NCBI GenBank assembly: GCA_040390065.1
Contig: JAZJZE010000009.1
Location: 378,930-442,929 of the forward strand
DNA length: 64,000 nucleotides
From: a bacterium
GTDB taxonomy: Archaea > Thermoplasmatota > E2 > JACPAO01 > JAHFTW01
Direction of reading: 5' to 3'
The notes under the pieces were generated by a model. It ran no database searches. It was not told where the DNA came from and worked only from the letters and a program-made list of their open reading frames with translations. The translations under genes and the position numbers were made by a program. Positions 17,820 to 26,056 of this stretch are shown one piece after another (the stretch's first letter is position 1; every line of letters starts with the position of its first letter).

Positions 17820-19069
17820 CACGGCCCCCACCCCGGCGCCGGCCATTCGGGTGCCCACTCGTTCCAGTCGTAGTACCAGCGGTCGTCGTTGGGGTCCCAG
17901 TCGTCCCACGTCGGAATCGCTTCCAACTTCTTGGCGTACTTGGTCGGCACGATGCCGGGGACGAGGAACGCCTTCTGCCGGTTCAATTTATAGGGATTCC
18001 TCAATTCAAATCCGAGGACGCCGAGGATGGCCCGTGCGACGTACCAAGTGGCCCTCGGGTTCCAGCCGTGCGCGATCTTGACGACGACGCCGAGGCCGTC
18101 GGGGTAATCGGGGTGCACGATGGACAATCCGAGGAGGCCGTCCGCGCCTTCCTTCGCGATGACCTTGCCCTTGCAGGCCTTCAGAATCGTGGAGTCGAGG
18201 CGGTTGAAGCCGCCGACGAGGTCGGGATTCTTCGTCATGGCCTCCCAGATCCAGTCCTCGTCGCGTTCCTGGGCGAGGCGGGCATAGAGGAGGGCGAGTT
18301 CGTTGACCGTGTTCGACGCGGTCGGCAATCCGCAGCCGTCGCGGGCGACGCGGGCTGGCTGCCAATCCTTGCCGAGGAAGCGGCGCACTTCGTCGAGGTA
18401 GGCCTGGAACCACGGGTGCTGCGGCAGGAGGTAGCCGATGCGCGGCCAGCCCTTCTCTTTGCAACCCCGAATCAATGCGGCGTGCTCGCCGGAACACGTG
18501 TGATACCAACGCCGGGGCCGGCGAACCTGTCGTCCGAACTGGACGAGCGGGACATCCAGGGGGGCTTGCATGAGGCCCCACTCCGTCGGCATGAGGATGC
18601 TCTGCGCCGCCGCGACGTGCTCGGTGTCGCCGTTGTGGCTGCTGCACGAGATGGCCTTCTGCTCCCACGACAGCCCCGCGAGTTCCTTGGCGAAGACCTT
18701 CATGACGAGCGGCTTCATCATCGAGCGCCCATAGCACAGGACGTTGCCGCCGAAGGAATGGATGATTTTTCCCGGTTTTCCGTCCTTGCCCCCAACGGCC
18801 CACGCCACGGCGCCGTGGATTGTTGTTTCCGACACGCCGTATCTTCGGTAGTCGACGAGCGGCTCCCATTCCACGTCTCTGCCGGTTGGGATGCCTTTGA
18901 CTTGTTCTCCCAGCGGCGACGTCGGATACATTTCGCGGCCGGGGCCGGTTTGGAGATGGGACTTTTGGGGCTGGCCGTTTTTCGGCGCCGAACGAACCAC
19001 TGAACGCACTGAACGTCGCGTCTGGTTCAGTGAGCTCAGTGGCTTCAGTGGCTTGGTTTGGCGGGTCAT
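17819..19069 (-). CDS. Divergent L-asparaginase II (AnsA-like) family amidohydrolase
   Basis: GRSMMKP, SSHNG, HTCSGEH, DGCGLP, AKEGADG; motif changes relative to the canonical paralog at 58492-59478. Confidence 0.8.
   Translation of the reverse strand: MTRQTKPLKPLSSLNQTRRSVRSVVRSAPKNGQPQKSHLQTGPGREMYPTSPLGEQVKGIPTGRDVEWEPLVDYRRYGVSETTIHGAVAWAVGGKDGKPGKIIHSFGGNVLCYGRSMMKPLVMKVFAKELAGLSWEQKAISCSSHNGDTEHVAAAQSILMPTEWGLMQAPLDVPLVQFGRQVRRPRRWYHTCSGEHAALIRGCKEKGWPRIGYLLPQHPWFQAYLDEVRRFLGKDWQPARVARDGCGLPTASNTVNELALLYARLAQERDEDWIWEAMTKNPDLVGGFNRLDSTILKACKGKVIAKEGADGLLGLSIVHPDYPDGLGVVVKIAHGWNPRATWYVARAILGVLGFELRNPYKLNRQKAFLVPGIVPTKYAKKLEAIPTWDDWDPNDDRWYYDWNEWAPEWPAPGWGP
18987..19069. repeat. Palindromic element family 2, copy forming the first 28 codons of the AnsA-like gene
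   Basis: GAACCACTGAACGCACTGAAC...GTTCAGTGAGCTCAGTGGCTTCAGTGG, 9-nt period. Confidence 0.8.
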
Positions 19070-20382
19070 GCCGGCTCCGTCCTTGCTGCCACTGTCGGCC
19101 GCACCTTCTCCATGAACGCCTCCATGTTCCGTACAACCCGCGCGGAATCATGGTTGAAGAAATCGAACCACAGCATCAACCGGTCCTCAGGATGATACCG
19201 TGCGCGAATCTGCTCGGCGACCTGCGCCGCCGTCCCAATCACGGCGTTGTCGGCAGCCGTCTCCGTCTTCTTCGGGTCCAGCGTTCCCTCCAAAGCGGTC
19301 CAGTACGCATGCAGCGCCTTCTTCGCCTCCGTCTGCGCCGCCGCTGTCCGCCGCGCCGGAGTCAAGCCGGGCTCCTCGTTGATGAAAACGAGCACCGTGC
19401 GCGGCATGTAGCTGCGCTTCCATTTGCCGCCATCCTTGTGGAACGCCTTGGCCATGCGTTCGTGCGTCGCGTCGATGACGGGTGTTGGCGTGATGCTCAG
19501 GTTCGCGACGTGCGCGGGCAGGAAACGGTTCACGAGTTCGTGCACGGCGGGGTCGTGGCTGCCGACGACGAGCTGCAGAAGGTCGCGGCGGAATTCCTGG
19601 GGGACAATCTTGAGGTGCTCGAAGACGAAGCGCTTCGGCAGAGTGATTTCGGGGTTCGCCGACGCTGGCTTTTCAACAGATGAAACAGAAACAACAGATG
19701 AAGTGCCTGACATCTGTTCCATCTGTTCAATCTGTTGACCCGTCGTCTGGGCGGCGGCCAGGGCCTTCTGCCAATCCTCCTCGGACCGGAAATCCTTCCG
19801 CGTCACCTTGCGAAGGGGAATGTCCGCGCCGCAAATCGTTTCGCCCGCAAGCAGTCGAGCGAAGATCTCGGCCGCTTCGTCGAAGACCTTGCCTTTCCAC
19901 AGCCCAAACGGCAACGCCTTCTCGAGTGGCGTTTGCGGGTCGATGCCGTAGGCGCGGTTCTGGAAGTCGAAGCGGCCTGCGCTGAAGCCGACGTGCAGAC
20001 GGCGGCGTTCGTTCGGGTCCAACCCGTGCAGGCTGAGGAAGTAGGCAATGCGCTCGGCGTGGGCGACGGGGCCACCAGACTGCAGGAGGTTGAGGACCGC
20101 GGAGCCGACGTCGATGCGTTTGGTGCGCCGAAAGACTTCGTGCGCGGTCTGCATGATGTCGACGTTGAGCCCGACTTCGCCCTGCCAATGCGGCACGACG
20201 GGCTTGCGGTTGCGCTTCTGCACTTCCGTGGAAAGGTGCGCCTCGGCGACCCAGGCGACGCCGAAGCCCAAGCGGTCGGCGGCCTCGACTTGTTGGAAGA
20301 AGTGCGCAAGCATGGTGCGCTCGTCCGGCGTCACGCCGTCGACGGGCGTTTGCGAGATGGAGAAGAAGACGTCGAACTCCAT
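19066..20382 (-). CDS. Luciferase-like (LLM) flavin-dependent monooxygenase
   Basis: QVEAADRLGFGVAWVAEAH, TKRIDVGSAV, AERIA, RLHVGFSAG, IGTAAQVAEQI. Confidence 0.85.
   Translation of the reverse strand: MEFDVFFSISQTPVDGVTPDERTMLAHFFQQVEAADRLGFGVAWVAEAHLSTEVQKRNRKPVVPHWQGEVGLNVDIMQTAHEVFRRTKRIDVGSAVLNLLQSGGPVAHAERIAYFLSLHGLDPNERRRLHVGFSAGRFDFQNRAYGIDPQTPLEKALPFGLWKGKVFDEAAEIFARLLAGETICGADIPLRKVTRKDFRSEEDWQKALAAAQTTGQQIEQMEQMSGTSSVVSVSSVEKPASANPEITLPKRFVFEHLKIVPQEFRRDLLQLVVGSHDPAVHELVNRFLPAHVANLSITPTPVIDATHERMAKAFHKDGGKWKRSYMPRTVLVFINEEPGLTPARRTAAAQTEAKKALHAYWTALEGTLDPKKTETAADNAVIGTAAQVAEQIRARYHPEDRLMLWFDFFNHDSARVVRNMEAFMEKVRPTVAARTEPA
19672..19739. repeat. Palindromic element family 1, in-frame copy inside the LLM gene
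   Basis: TCAACAGATGAAACAGAAACAACAGATG...CATCTGTTCCATCTGTTCAATCTGTTGAC; peptide QQIEQMEQMSGTSSVVSVSSVE. Confidence 0.85.
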
Positions 20383-20482
20383 GGCGCGGCGCCTTCCCAT
20401 TCCGGCCGTTATCTCAAGGTTTCCCCCCGGGCCTTGCCGCGACGGGGCCCCTTGAGTAGGGCAACGGCGCAGAGATGGACCC

Positions 20483-21196
20483 ATGACGCTTGAGGATGCC
20501 CAGGCCACGGAAGCCAAGGCCAACCAGCCGACCTCGGGCAAGCCAGCGCCCGCCAAGCCCGCCGCTCCGGCAGGCAGCCAACCTACTGCCGCTCCCGCGC
20601 CAGACACACCGGCCGAACAGCCCGCCACCGCCGTTCGGCCGACGCCGCCGACAGCGCCAGCCGCAGCGCCGCCAGCCGCCTCGGCTCGACCACCCCGACC
20701 CCCCGCAGCAGGCCGTAGCCGACCGCCCGGCGAGGTGGGAGGCCACACAGTGCAGCCGTGGGAGCAAGGGGACGCCAACCCCGCCCCGGCAAGCGGCACA
20801 AGCCGCGCGACCCCGCCCCCGAGCCCAGGCGCGCCCGAAGCGGCCGCCACCCAACCACAACCGACGCCCGCCACGCCCGCCGCACCTGCAGTCAAACCGG
20901 TCGCCAAGGCATCGACGACGCCGAAGCCGGCCCCTAACGCCTCACCAGCAACGGTAACTCCTGACAAGGCCCAACTCATCGAGGCCCTGACAAAGACGTT
21001 GGCCGACATGCTCGCGCGGGCGCTGCGCCAAAGCATCAGCGACGCCGTCGATGCCGCAGCGGCCGCGCCGGCCGCCCCTGCCAGGTCTACCGCCGCGGCG
21101 CCCGCCCCCGCAAAACCTGCGCCCGTCGCCGCGCCGAAGCCAACCCCGCCCGCAGACGAAGGACAAGGCGCTCCATCGCCCCCTCCAGCCGCTTGA
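20483..21196 (+). CDS. Pro/Ala-rich disordered protein with one helical segment
   Basis: 237 aa; DKAQLIEALTKTLADMLARALRQSISDAVDAA within low-complexity sequence. Confidence 0.55.
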   Translation: MTLEDAQATEAKANQPTSGKPAPAKPAAPAGSQPTAAPAPDTPAEQPATAVRPTPPTAPAAAPPAASARPPRPPAAGRSRPPGEVGGHTVQPWEQGDANPAPASGTSRATPPPSPGAPEAAATQPQPTPATPAAPAVKPVAKASTTPKPAPNASPATVTPDKAQLIEALTKTLADMLARALRQSISDAVDAAAAAPAAPARSTAAAPAPAKPAPVAAPKPTPPADEGQGAPSPPPAA

Positions 21197-21240
21197 CCCG
21201 GTCGTAAAACCCCTTAAGCGGGCCCCCCGTCGCCAGCAGC

Positions 21241-22560
21241 ATGACCGGGATGACGCTCCCGCAGAAGATCCTGGCCCTCAAGTCCGGCAACATGGCCGTG
21301 ACGGTCGGCGAGGTCGTCGACTGCAAGGTCGACGTCGCCATGGCGCACGAGGCCCTCGCACAACTCGTGAAGCCGTTCAAGGAGATGGGCGCCACCAAGG
21401 TCTGGGACCCGAACCGCATCGTCGTCCCCATCGACCACTGGATCCCCGCCTCCTCCGAATCGTCGGCGAAGATGCACCAGAGCATCCGCAAGTTCGTCGA
21501 CGAGTACAAGCTGCCGCACCTGTATGACATCGGCCGCCAGGGCATCTGTCACCAGATCCTCGCCGAGGAGGGCTTCTGCCTGCCGGGCGACCTCGTCGTC
21601 GGGACCGACTCGCACACGAACATGGCCGGCGCCCTCGGCTGCTTCGCCAGCGGCATCGGGCCGACCGAGATGGCCGCCGTCTTCGCCACGGGCGAACTCT
21701 GGATGCGCGTGCCGCCCACCATCAAGATCGAACTCACCGGCGAACTCACCGAGCCCGTCGCAAGCAAGGACGTCGTGCTCAGCCTCATCGGCAAGATGGG
21801 CGACGACGGCGCCCGCTACCAAGCGGTACAGTTCCAGGGCCCCGCCATCGACGCGATGCCCATGTACCAGCGCCTCACACTCACCAACATGACGACGGAG
21901 ATGGGCGCCAAGGCCGGCGTCATCGCCTGCGACGACGAGACGCTCGACTACCTGGACGCGACGCCCATGGCCAGCGGCCGCCGCAGAGAAATCCGCAACC
22001 ACTCCGGCCTACGCGCCGACAAGGACGCCACGTACGCCAAGACCTACACCTTGGATTGCGGCACGCTCGAACCCGTCGTCGCCTGCCCGCAAAGCCCGGA
22101 GAACGTCAAGCCCGTCCGCGACGTCAACGTCCCCAAGGTGGACCAAGTCTTCATCGGCTCCTGCACCAACGCCCGCTACGAAGACCTCGAAACGGTCGCC
22201 GCCATCCTCAAGGGCAACCACGTCAAACGCGGAACACGCCTCGTCGTCTTCCCCGCCAGCACCAGCATCTACCTCCGAGCCCTTGAATCCGGAATCATCA
22301 AGACCATCACGGAAGCCGGCGGCATCTTCAACCCCAGCTCCTGCGGCGCCTGCTTCGGCGGCATGGGCGGCGTCCTGGCCGAGAAAGAAGTCTGCGTCTC
22401 CACCTCGAACAGAAATTACAAGGGACGCATGGGACACCCCGAATCCATGTCGTACCTCGTGAGCCCCGCGACGGCCGCAGTGACCGCGCTCGAAGGCAAA
22501 CTCACAGACCCGCGCGAGTACTATTCCGACGGAGAATTGAGGAAGAAGGTCGCAGCGTGA
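21241..22560 (+). CDS. leuC: 3-isopropylmalate dehydratase/homoaconitase large subunit
   Basis: IDH, GICHQ, GTDSHT, FIGSCTN, CGAC, STSNRNYKGRMG; CCCTTAAG box upstream; substrate (Leu vs homoaconitate) not resolvable. Confidence 0.88.
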   Translation: MTGMTLPQKILALKSGNMAVTVGEVVDCKVDVAMAHEALAQLVKPFKEMGATKVWDPNRIVVPIDHWIPASSESSAKMHQSIRKFVDEYKLPHLYDIGRQGICHQILAEEGFCLPGDLVVGTDSHTNMAGALGCFASGIGPTEMAAVFATGELWMRVPPTIKIELTGELTEPVASKDVVLSLIGKMGDDGARYQAVQFQGPAIDAMPMYQRLTLTNMTTEMGAKAGVIACDDETLDYLDATPMASGRRREIRNHSGLRADKDATYAKTYTLDCGTLEPVVACPQSPENVKPVRDVNVPKVDQVFIGSCTNARYEDLETVAAILKGNHVKRGTRLVVFPASTSIYLRALESGIIKTITEAGGIFNPSSCGACFGGMGGVLAEKEVCVSTSNRNYKGRMGHPESMSYLVSPATAAVTALEGKLTDPREYYSDGELRKKVAA

Positions 22561-23048
22561 AACGCCAGGACCCGGGCGAAGCCCGCGCGCCGGCCACCAG
22601 GGGACCCGCCGAGAAACACCTGCGCAAGACCACATCCGCGCTTGCCCTTGGAGCGATCTTGACCGCCCTTGGGACCTTTCTTGGCGTGTTCATCGCCCAC
22701 AATGCGTACACCTATTCCCTTGAGACTCACGAACTTGAAGGCATCGCCGCCGTGATACTCTTCACCGCAATCGGCGCCATCGCGGCCTTCCTGCTGCTGG
22801 CCGGCGTTCTCATGCTGGCCTTTGCGGGGGCTCGCCAAAGGTCGCGCCCCGAACGCCGCACCGCTGAAGCACTCGTGGCGGCCTCGGGTTGCACCTGGAC
22901 GTGGTGCGGGGCCACGCCCTGGCCCTACCACATCCCATCGACCATCGGCCTGGCGGTGGGCGTCGCACTGATGGTCGCGGCGGCCGCGATGTTCGTCGTT
23001 GCGGAACCGGCCGTTTTGACGGCACGGCTGGGAACACGCCCTCAATAA
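22557..23048 (+). CDS. Membrane protein
   Basis: 3 hydrophobic segments; GTGA overlap with leuC stop. Confidence 0.55.
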   Translation: MKRQDPGEARAPATRGPAEKHLRKTTSALALGAILTALGTFLGVFIAHNAYTYSLETHELEGIAAVILFTAIGAIAAFLLLAGVLMLAFAGARQRSRPERRTAEALVAASGCTWTWCGATPWPYHIPSTIGLAVGVALMVAAAAMFVVAEPAVLTARLGTRPQ

Positions 23049-23233
23049 TCCAACTTGACCACGTGCACACTCTGCGAACCCTGGCACCGCGGACAACGCA
23101 ACGGCACAACCACCGCCTTCCCCGCCGGCAAGAACACGCCAGTCCCACGACACGTCGAGCAGCGCGGATTAGGCGACCGCACCCGCGTCGGCCGAGGCGG
23201 ACGACCGTTGACGCGCATCTCGGCCAAAGGCAT
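23042..23233 (-). CDS. Small zinc-finger protein CxxCxGTGVF-x12-CPRC
   Basis: CSTCRGTGVFLPAGKAVVVPLRCPRC; paralog at 12991-13203. Confidence 0.55.
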   Translation of the reverse strand: MPLAEMRVNGRPPRPTRVRSPNPRCSTCRGTGVFLPAGKAVVVPLRCPRCQGSQSVHVVKLDY

Positions 23234-23290
23234 GGCGTTGGGTTCAACGCCGGAGGGCTAAAGTCAGGCCAGATAGCGGCGGGTTTCCTT

Positions 23291-23322
23291 CCTGAAGGCA
23301 AGGTTCCTTCAGGCGCCTGAAG
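23291..23322. promoter_or_regulatory. Overlapping inverted repeats incl. perfect 16-bp palindrome CTTCAGGCGCCTGAAG in a divergent promoter region
   Basis: CCTGAAGG(23291-98)/CCTTCAGG(23306-13) and 23307-23322 palindrome. Confidence 0.45.
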
Positions 23323-23391
23323 TATCGTCCAGGAAAGGTTTCGCGCCCCCCTGGAAAGCCTCCATGGACCTTTGCTACGTGTCAGCGAACC

Positions 23392-24408
23392 ATGGTGACG
23401 ATTCCCGGCTACCGAAACGACGAGGTGCATCCGACGCTGTCGCGGGCGCGCCCGTTGTCGCAGTTGCGTCTCGGCCAGGACGTCCTCGACCGACCGGCCT
23501 ACGGCGCCTGCGATGTCCTCGAGTCCGCGGGTGCCGGCGGTTTGAACGATTTCACGTTTGGTGGGTCGACGACGGGGGAGGCGTGGTCTGTGAATCCCTA
23601 TTCGGGGTGCATGCATGCGTGTACGTACTGCTACGTGCCGGACACGATCAAGGCGGAGCGGCGGCGTTGGGGCTCGTACGCAATCGTGAAGCGTGACTTG
23701 CCGACGCGGCTTGCCCGGGCGATGCAGGGCGCGAAGAAGATGACAGTGTACCTGTCGACGGCAACGGATCCGTACCAGCCGTTGGAGGCGGGGCACGAGA
23801 TCACGCGGCGGTGCCTCGAGGTACTCGTCCGCAGGGATTGGCCGGTTGAGGTGTTGACGCGCAGCCCTCTCGTCCTGCGCGATTTGGACCTCCTTTCGCA
23901 GTTGAGCCAGGTTCGCGTCGGCATGAGTGTGCCGACGTTGGATGACGCGGTACGGCGGGCCATCGAGCCGAAGGCGCCCGCCATTGCATCCCGGATGCGG
24001 ACGCTGAAGCGCCTGTCGGACGCAGGGATTGTGACGTTTGCGAACTACACGCCGGCGTGTCCGCCCACGACGCATGACGCGCAGGCCGTGGCGAAGGCAT
24101 TCCTCGATGCGGGCGTGCATTGGGTGAACTCGCGGGGATTCCAGCGCAAGGAGACCGCCTTGGTTCCCTTGTTCGACCGGCTCGTCGGGACGCCGTGGGA
24201 GGACCTGACGCGGTTCTTTGCCAGTGTGTTACGGCAGGACGAGTGGCAGCAGGCGTTGGGCCAGGCGTTTCGGCAGCTTGGCCTTCCCCTGTCGACGCCG
24301 TTCTTCAATCCGCCTTTCGAACATCTCGTTGCGCCGTTGCCATCGAGCTTCGGCCAATCGCGGCTCGACCAGATCTTGCTGCCCGCCCTGGCGTCGGCGC
24401 GCCGCTAG
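23392..24408 (+). CDS. Radical SAM protein, spore photoproduct lyase-like/Rv2578c-like family
   Basis: VNPYSGCMHACTYCY, STATDPYQPLE, LTRSPLVLRDLDLL, IEPKAP. Confidence 0.85.
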   Translation: MVTIPGYRNDEVHPTLSRARPLSQLRLGQDVLDRPAYGACDVLESAGAGGLNDFTFGGSTTGEAWSVNPYSGCMHACTYCYVPDTIKAERRRWGSYAIVKRDLPTRLARAMQGAKKMTVYLSTATDPYQPLEAGHEITRRCLEVLVRRDWPVEVLTRSPLVLRDLDLLSQLSQVRVGMSVPTLDDAVRRAIEPKAPAIASRMRTLKRLSDAGIVTFANYTPACPPTTHDAQAVAKAFLDAGVHWVNSRGFQRKETALVPLFDRLVGTPWEDLTRFFASVLRQDEWQQALGQAFRQLGLPLSTPFFNPPFEHLVAPLPSSFGQSRLDQILLPALASARR

Positions 24409-24749
24409 CGGGCCTTGCGCTGGTGGCCGGGCGCTGGGGCCTTCCTGCGGCGGGTAGGCCGTTGGCGCTTGGCTGCCGAGGCGGGGCGGACGAGGGGGCC
24501 GAACCGTTCGTCGGCTTCGGCCACGGCGGCCGCACGGTCCAAGCCCGCCGCCAGGCGTCTTTGGATGAAGAGGGCCCTCTCCAAGGCGGGGTTGGCCCCA
24601 AGGTTGGGGAACCTCGACGGATCGAAGACTTCGGAGCGCCCCCGGTACGGCCGCTTCGCTTTGTCGGCGGCCAGCGGCGTGAGACGCGGCAGGGGCGCAA
24701 CGGGGGGCGGGGCCTTGCCGCGTTGCGTCATGGTTGCCCTCTTTGCCAT
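24405..24749 (-). CDS. Hypothetical basic protein
   Basis: MAKRATMTQRGKAPPP...; fills gap between rSAM gene and leuD. Confidence 0.45.
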   Translation of the reverse strand: MAKRATMTQRGKAPPPVAPLPRLTPLAADKAKRPYRGRSEVFDPSRFPNLGANPALERALFIQRRLAAGLDRAAAVAEADERFGPLVRPASAAKRQRPTRRRKAPAPGHQRKAR

Positions 24750-24851
24750 CCTGTCAACCTCGGTGTTCCAGGAGATAACCAGAAGGGGCAACATTCGTAT
24801 AGGGGAGGCCGACCGCACAACCCATATCCCGCATCCGGGTGGGCCCGCCTG

Positions 24852-25430
24852 ATGAGCCAGATGCATTTCAAGACCCAGTTCTCCGGGCGGGCCTGGGCGT
24901 TGCCCGATTCCGTCGACACGGACATGATCACGCCCGGAAAGTACCTCACCATCATCGACCCGAAGGGTCTGTCGGAGCACATCCTCGAGGGCTGGCGACA
25001 GGATTTCCCCAAGCAGGTCAAGGCTGGCGACATCCTCGTCGCGGGCGACAACCTTGGCTGCGGGAGTTCACGCGAGCACGCGCCCCTGTCGATGCTCGGC
25101 GCAGGCATTCCCGTCGTCATCGCCCGCAGTTTCGCGCGCATCTTCTATCGCAACGCCATCAACGTGGGCTTGCCGGTCATGGAGTGCCCCGACATGCCGA
25201 AGGACTTCGTGAAGGACGGGGACTCCGTCGCGGTCGACCTCCAGCTCGGCGTCGTGCGCAACGAGACGAGCGGCAAGCAGACGAAGGGCATCCCGCTCTC
25301 GGCGAAGGCCATCGAGATCCTGGACGCGGGGGGCCTCGTCAACATCGTGCGCCACAAGCTCGCCAAACGCGGCGACGTGGTTCACAAGGCGGCAGGCAAC
25401 CCGCCCGAGGCGGACTTCAAGCAGGACTAG
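24852..25430 (+). CDS. leuD: 3-isopropylmalate dehydratase/homoaconitase small subunit
   Basis: VDTDMITPGKYL, GCGSSREHAP, SFARIFYRNAINVGL. Confidence 0.88.
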   Translation: MSQMHFKTQFSGRAWALPDSVDTDMITPGKYLTIIDPKGLSEHILEGWRQDFPKQVKAGDILVAGDNLGCGSSREHAPLSMLGAGIPVVIARSFARIFYRNAINVGLPVMECPDMPKDFVKDGDSVAVDLQLGVVRNETSGKQTKGIPLSAKAIEILDAGGLVNIVRHKLAKRGDVVHKAAGNPPEADFKQD

Positions 25431-25702
25431 AGGCTGTTTCATAACTTCCAGGAGGCCTGCGCGCGCCGGTTTGCAAGGAGCGCTAGGAGGATTCGCCGAC
25501 TGCGTGGCAGCGCCACGCCGAGGCGGATCCGACGACGCGGTCCGCCGCAAAGCGGCGCGCCCTTGCGGGTCGTTTTCCGGCCACACATTCTTGGCGGCGC
25601 CGGCCGTGGCGGGCTGCCGGCCCGCCGGTGGCCAGCGCCGCCACGACTGCGAAGGCCGGAAAACGACGCAGGCCACCCTGGCAGTTATGAAACAGCCTCT
25701 AG
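25427..25702. mobile_element. MITE (non-autonomous IS derivative) inserted at CTAG
   Basis: CTAGAGGCTGTTTCATAACT(T/G)CCAGG 26-bp inverted ends (25/26), CTAG at both junctions, internal hairpin GTCGTTTTCCGGCC/GGCCGGAAAACGAC, no transposase ORF. Confidence 0.85.
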
Positions 25703-25709
25703 AGGTCGC

Positions 25710-25979
25710 TCACGCTGGCGGCGCAGCAGGCGCTGGGTCCGGCGCCGCGGGCGTGACGAGGTCGTCGGCCTTGAGCGTGCTGCGTTTGGCGCCAGCGGCA
25801 TTGCGGGCTGCCGTTTCGCCGAGCTTGCGCAGGTACTCTTCCGTCATTGTCTTGGCGGCAGCGATGGCTTCGGGGGCCACTCGCCAATCGGCGCCGCTGG
25901 GGGGCGTGCCGGTCCGGTCGGTTCCTTCCTTGAGCAGGGCCTTGACGTGCGAGTCGGCAAGCGTCATGCCACCCGCCAT
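25710..25979 (-). CDS. Archaeal histone-fold protein, variant (start may be 25967)
   Basis: LADSHVKALLKE...RVAPEA...EEYLRKLGETAARNA..AKRSTLKADD follows the HMf pattern RVS.DA...A.RKTIK.ED. Confidence 0.75.
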   Translation of the reverse strand: MAGGMTLADSHVKALLKEGTDRTGTPPSGADWRVAPEAIAAAKTMTEEYLRKLGETAARNAAGAKRSTLKADDLVTPAAPDPAPAAPPA

Positions 25980-26056
25980 GCCGTGGCCCCTTATTGCTGC
26001 CACGGGCGCCGAAGGTGGCCGCAAACCTGAGAAGACGCGAGGGTCTCTTGGCGGCC

